Assembly (NCBI GenBank): GCA_951406725.2
Contig: OX597828.1
Span: forward strand, 43,648,001-43,712,000
Origin: Octopus vulgaris
Taxonomy: Eukaryota
DNA length: 64,000 nucleotides
Direction of reading: 5' to 3'
Under the pieces are notes generated by a model. It worked only from the letters and a program-made list of their open reading frames with translations, made no database searches and had not been told where the DNA came from. The position numbers and the translations under genes were made by a program. Positions within the stretch are counted from its first letter, which is position 1; each line of letters opens with the position of its first letter. Below are positions 61,774 through 64,000 of the stretch, in pieces.

Positions 61774-62693
61774 TATATATATATATAAATTATATTTACA
61801 TAGAATGCTATCATCTACACACATACACCACATACATGCACGCAAACGCATACACACACAAACACACTCACACACACAAACAAGTACATACATACGCACA
61901 CAAACGCACACATTGCCTTTTAGCAGTTGAAATATATCACAAATATATTTTAACTAACTTATTCTTTGCCTCTGCCCAAACACTGCTTGGCGTTAATACT
62001 TCGATAATGTCCACGATCGGGCAATCTACCAACACAGATCCGTCTACACTGTTGACTGTATTCTAAGTCATAAGAAATGGGAAATAAACATTGTTTTAAA
62101 GGCTCACTGTTGGAAGGGCTCGTTCTAGGTTAAACAAGATGATGTATGGTATATCATTCCTTCTGAGCTCTTGATGTGCAGCTAAAGTAAGATGGATTCT
62201 TGCTGTTGATTGCATAAATAATTAAAAGTCTAATCTGAAAGAGTGGCGAACAAATTAGGAAATGATCCATCACTAAACCTTGACCCTTTTCCCCGCACAC
62301 CATTGCTATAAAAGGAATTCATTTACATTGTTAAATTTGACTATCCCACTGAGTTTCTTTATAATAATGTAGCATATTTCAATTATTCTGGTTTATGGTA
62401 CGTTGCTCATTAATCAATATTGTTTATTCAATGGTGAGACGTCAAATGCACAAATATAGATATCAGAATATCCACTGTTGTGCTAGCAGGATTCGCCTAA
62501 GAGTGTCCGAGGGAACCTCTAGGGGTCGGCGAGGAATTACAGGGAGTTGATGATAGCAAAATGATCGAATGAGGGTCGGCGTGCGAAAGACCAGCTCACC
62601 CAGATGAAGTGCTTAAAACGCTCAGTCAGCGCTATGCTCATCCCTCACATTGATGTCAATTTCAGTAAAAAATATTCCAGCAATATGATGCGT

Positions 62694-63037
62694 ACATTAT
62701 TTACATTATTTACATTGGACTGATATTTGCCCTCATCTTGTTTGTTGTTAACACAACGTTTCGGCTGATATACCTTCCAGCCTACATCAGGTGTCTTGAG
62801 GAAATTTCAAACCTGGGTTCGAAATTTAAAAACCTAAGGTATTTCTCAATGTTGTTGTTACTGCCTCGAATCGAACTCGGAATCGTGGGGTTAGTAGCCC
62901 GCTCTCTTAACCAATACGCCATATGCCCGCACTCTTAACCACTACGCCATAACGTTGTGTTAGCAACAAACAAGATGAGGACAAATATCCGTCATATGTA
63001 AATAATGTAAGTAATTCCTCATCTCTTAAATATAGAA
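62694..63037 (-). mobile_element. tRNA-headed, hammerhead-containing short element with inverted ends and a 13-bp TSD
   Basis: TSD caatatgatgcgt (62681-62693) / caatataatgcgt (63038-63050); inverted repeat 62701-62760 vs 62951-63010; A box TGGCGTAGTGG and B box GAGTTCGATTC; HHR at 62750-62795. Confidence 0.72.
62750..62795 (-). ncRNA. Minimal type I hammerhead with one core substitution
   Basis: gacac-CTGATGT-a-ggctg-gaaggtatat-cagcc-GAAA-cg-TT-gtgtt. Confidence 0.6.
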
Positions 63038-63604
63038 CAATATAATGCGTGTTTCACATTTTCTAATCGTGAAAACAATTTCATAAAAACTGAAAGTTTA
63101 ATATTGTATAATCATACACGTAGTTTTAAATGAAAAAAAATTGCGTCACCTTCAATAGAATTTCTTCATTTGTCGTACATGCGTGTTTTAGCTAAGATTT
63201 TAATTGGCAGATACTTTAAACGAGGAGGGTGGTCGTCGCGGAAGGAGAAGTGGCTGATGAGGGTCGAGGCGGAAGGAGCAATGGCTAAAGGGGGTTGATG
63301 GTCGAAAAAAAGGTCTGGTGACCCCTGTGCTACACTGATTCGTTCCGGATTCGAAAGGAGCAGCTCTAAACTATTCTTTGAGGAAAGAAGACAATTATGC
63401 CTTCGCAGAGGAGCAGAGAACTAATCGTGAAATAGCCCATCAGCAGATACTTTCCCATTTTTCCTTCATATTTCCAGACCGCGAATAATCCTGAAATAGA
63501 TAGATATAGCAACAAAATCCAGCATTTAACAAAAACAGAAACCGAGGTTGTAACGAGAGATCTTTATAATCTGTTTCATGGTATGTAAACGGTTACTGTG
63601 ATTA

Positions 63605-63750
<146 letters not shown>

Positions 63751-63751
63751 T

Positions 63752-63820
<69 letters not shown>

Positions 63821-63857
63821 AAGTGGTGGTGGTGGTGGTGGTAGTAGTAGTCGTCGT

Positions 63858-64000
63858 CCTTTCTACTATAGGCACAAGGCCTGAAATTCTGTGGGAGGGA
63901 GCTAATCAATTACATTGACCCCAGTCCTAAATTGGTTCTTATTTCATCGACCCCCCGAAAGATGTCAGGCAAATTCCACCATGGCGGAATTCGAACTCTG
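63858..64000 (-). mobile_element. SINE family B 3' part, running off the window end, next to (TAG)n
   Basis: ctttctactataggcacaaggcctgaaatt...gaccccag...ggcggaattcgaactc. Confidence 0.8.

Larger units (their letters stand above)
62487..63327. mobile_element. Old hAT/Charlie-like MITE hosting the insertion at 62694
   Basis: Left end cagg..tcgcc...ctaggggtcggcg; right end ggtcgaaaaaaaggtctggtgacccctg; flanks tgctag / tgctacac. Confidence 0.45.

Overview
AT-rich animal genomic DNA packed with microsatellites and transposon debris. The SINE families and simple-repeat load look like Octopus (cephalopod); that is inference from repeat style, not a database match. I found no host protein-coding exon, rRNA, true tRNA gene or CRISPR array, and nearly all listed ORFs are microsatellite translations. 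The only long real ORF (54566-56719, minus) is a Penelope-like retroelement (PLE) RT plus GIY-YIG endonuclease inside a ~4.6 kb element with ~1.04 kb inverted pseudo-LTRs. Other elements: two abundant tRNA-derived SINE families, R4/Dong-like and L1/Tx1-like LINE fragments, mariner, DD37D/maT and Tigger remnants, Helitrons and hAT/Tc1 MITEs. Best leads: (1) at least 7 sequence-unrelated hammerhead-ribozyme (HHR) cores in PLE-type termini, including a 594-bp-period retrozyme-like unit with a near-textbook HHR (41092-41867); (2) a 344-bp insertion with a 13-bp target-site duplication that fuses a tRNA-like Pol III head to an HHR and has PLE-style inverted ends (62694-63037), a candidate Penelope-driven ribozyme SINE; (3) an in-phase U-UUU-UUA slippery site that would join an upstream frame to the PLE RT frame by -1 frameshifting (56890-56896).
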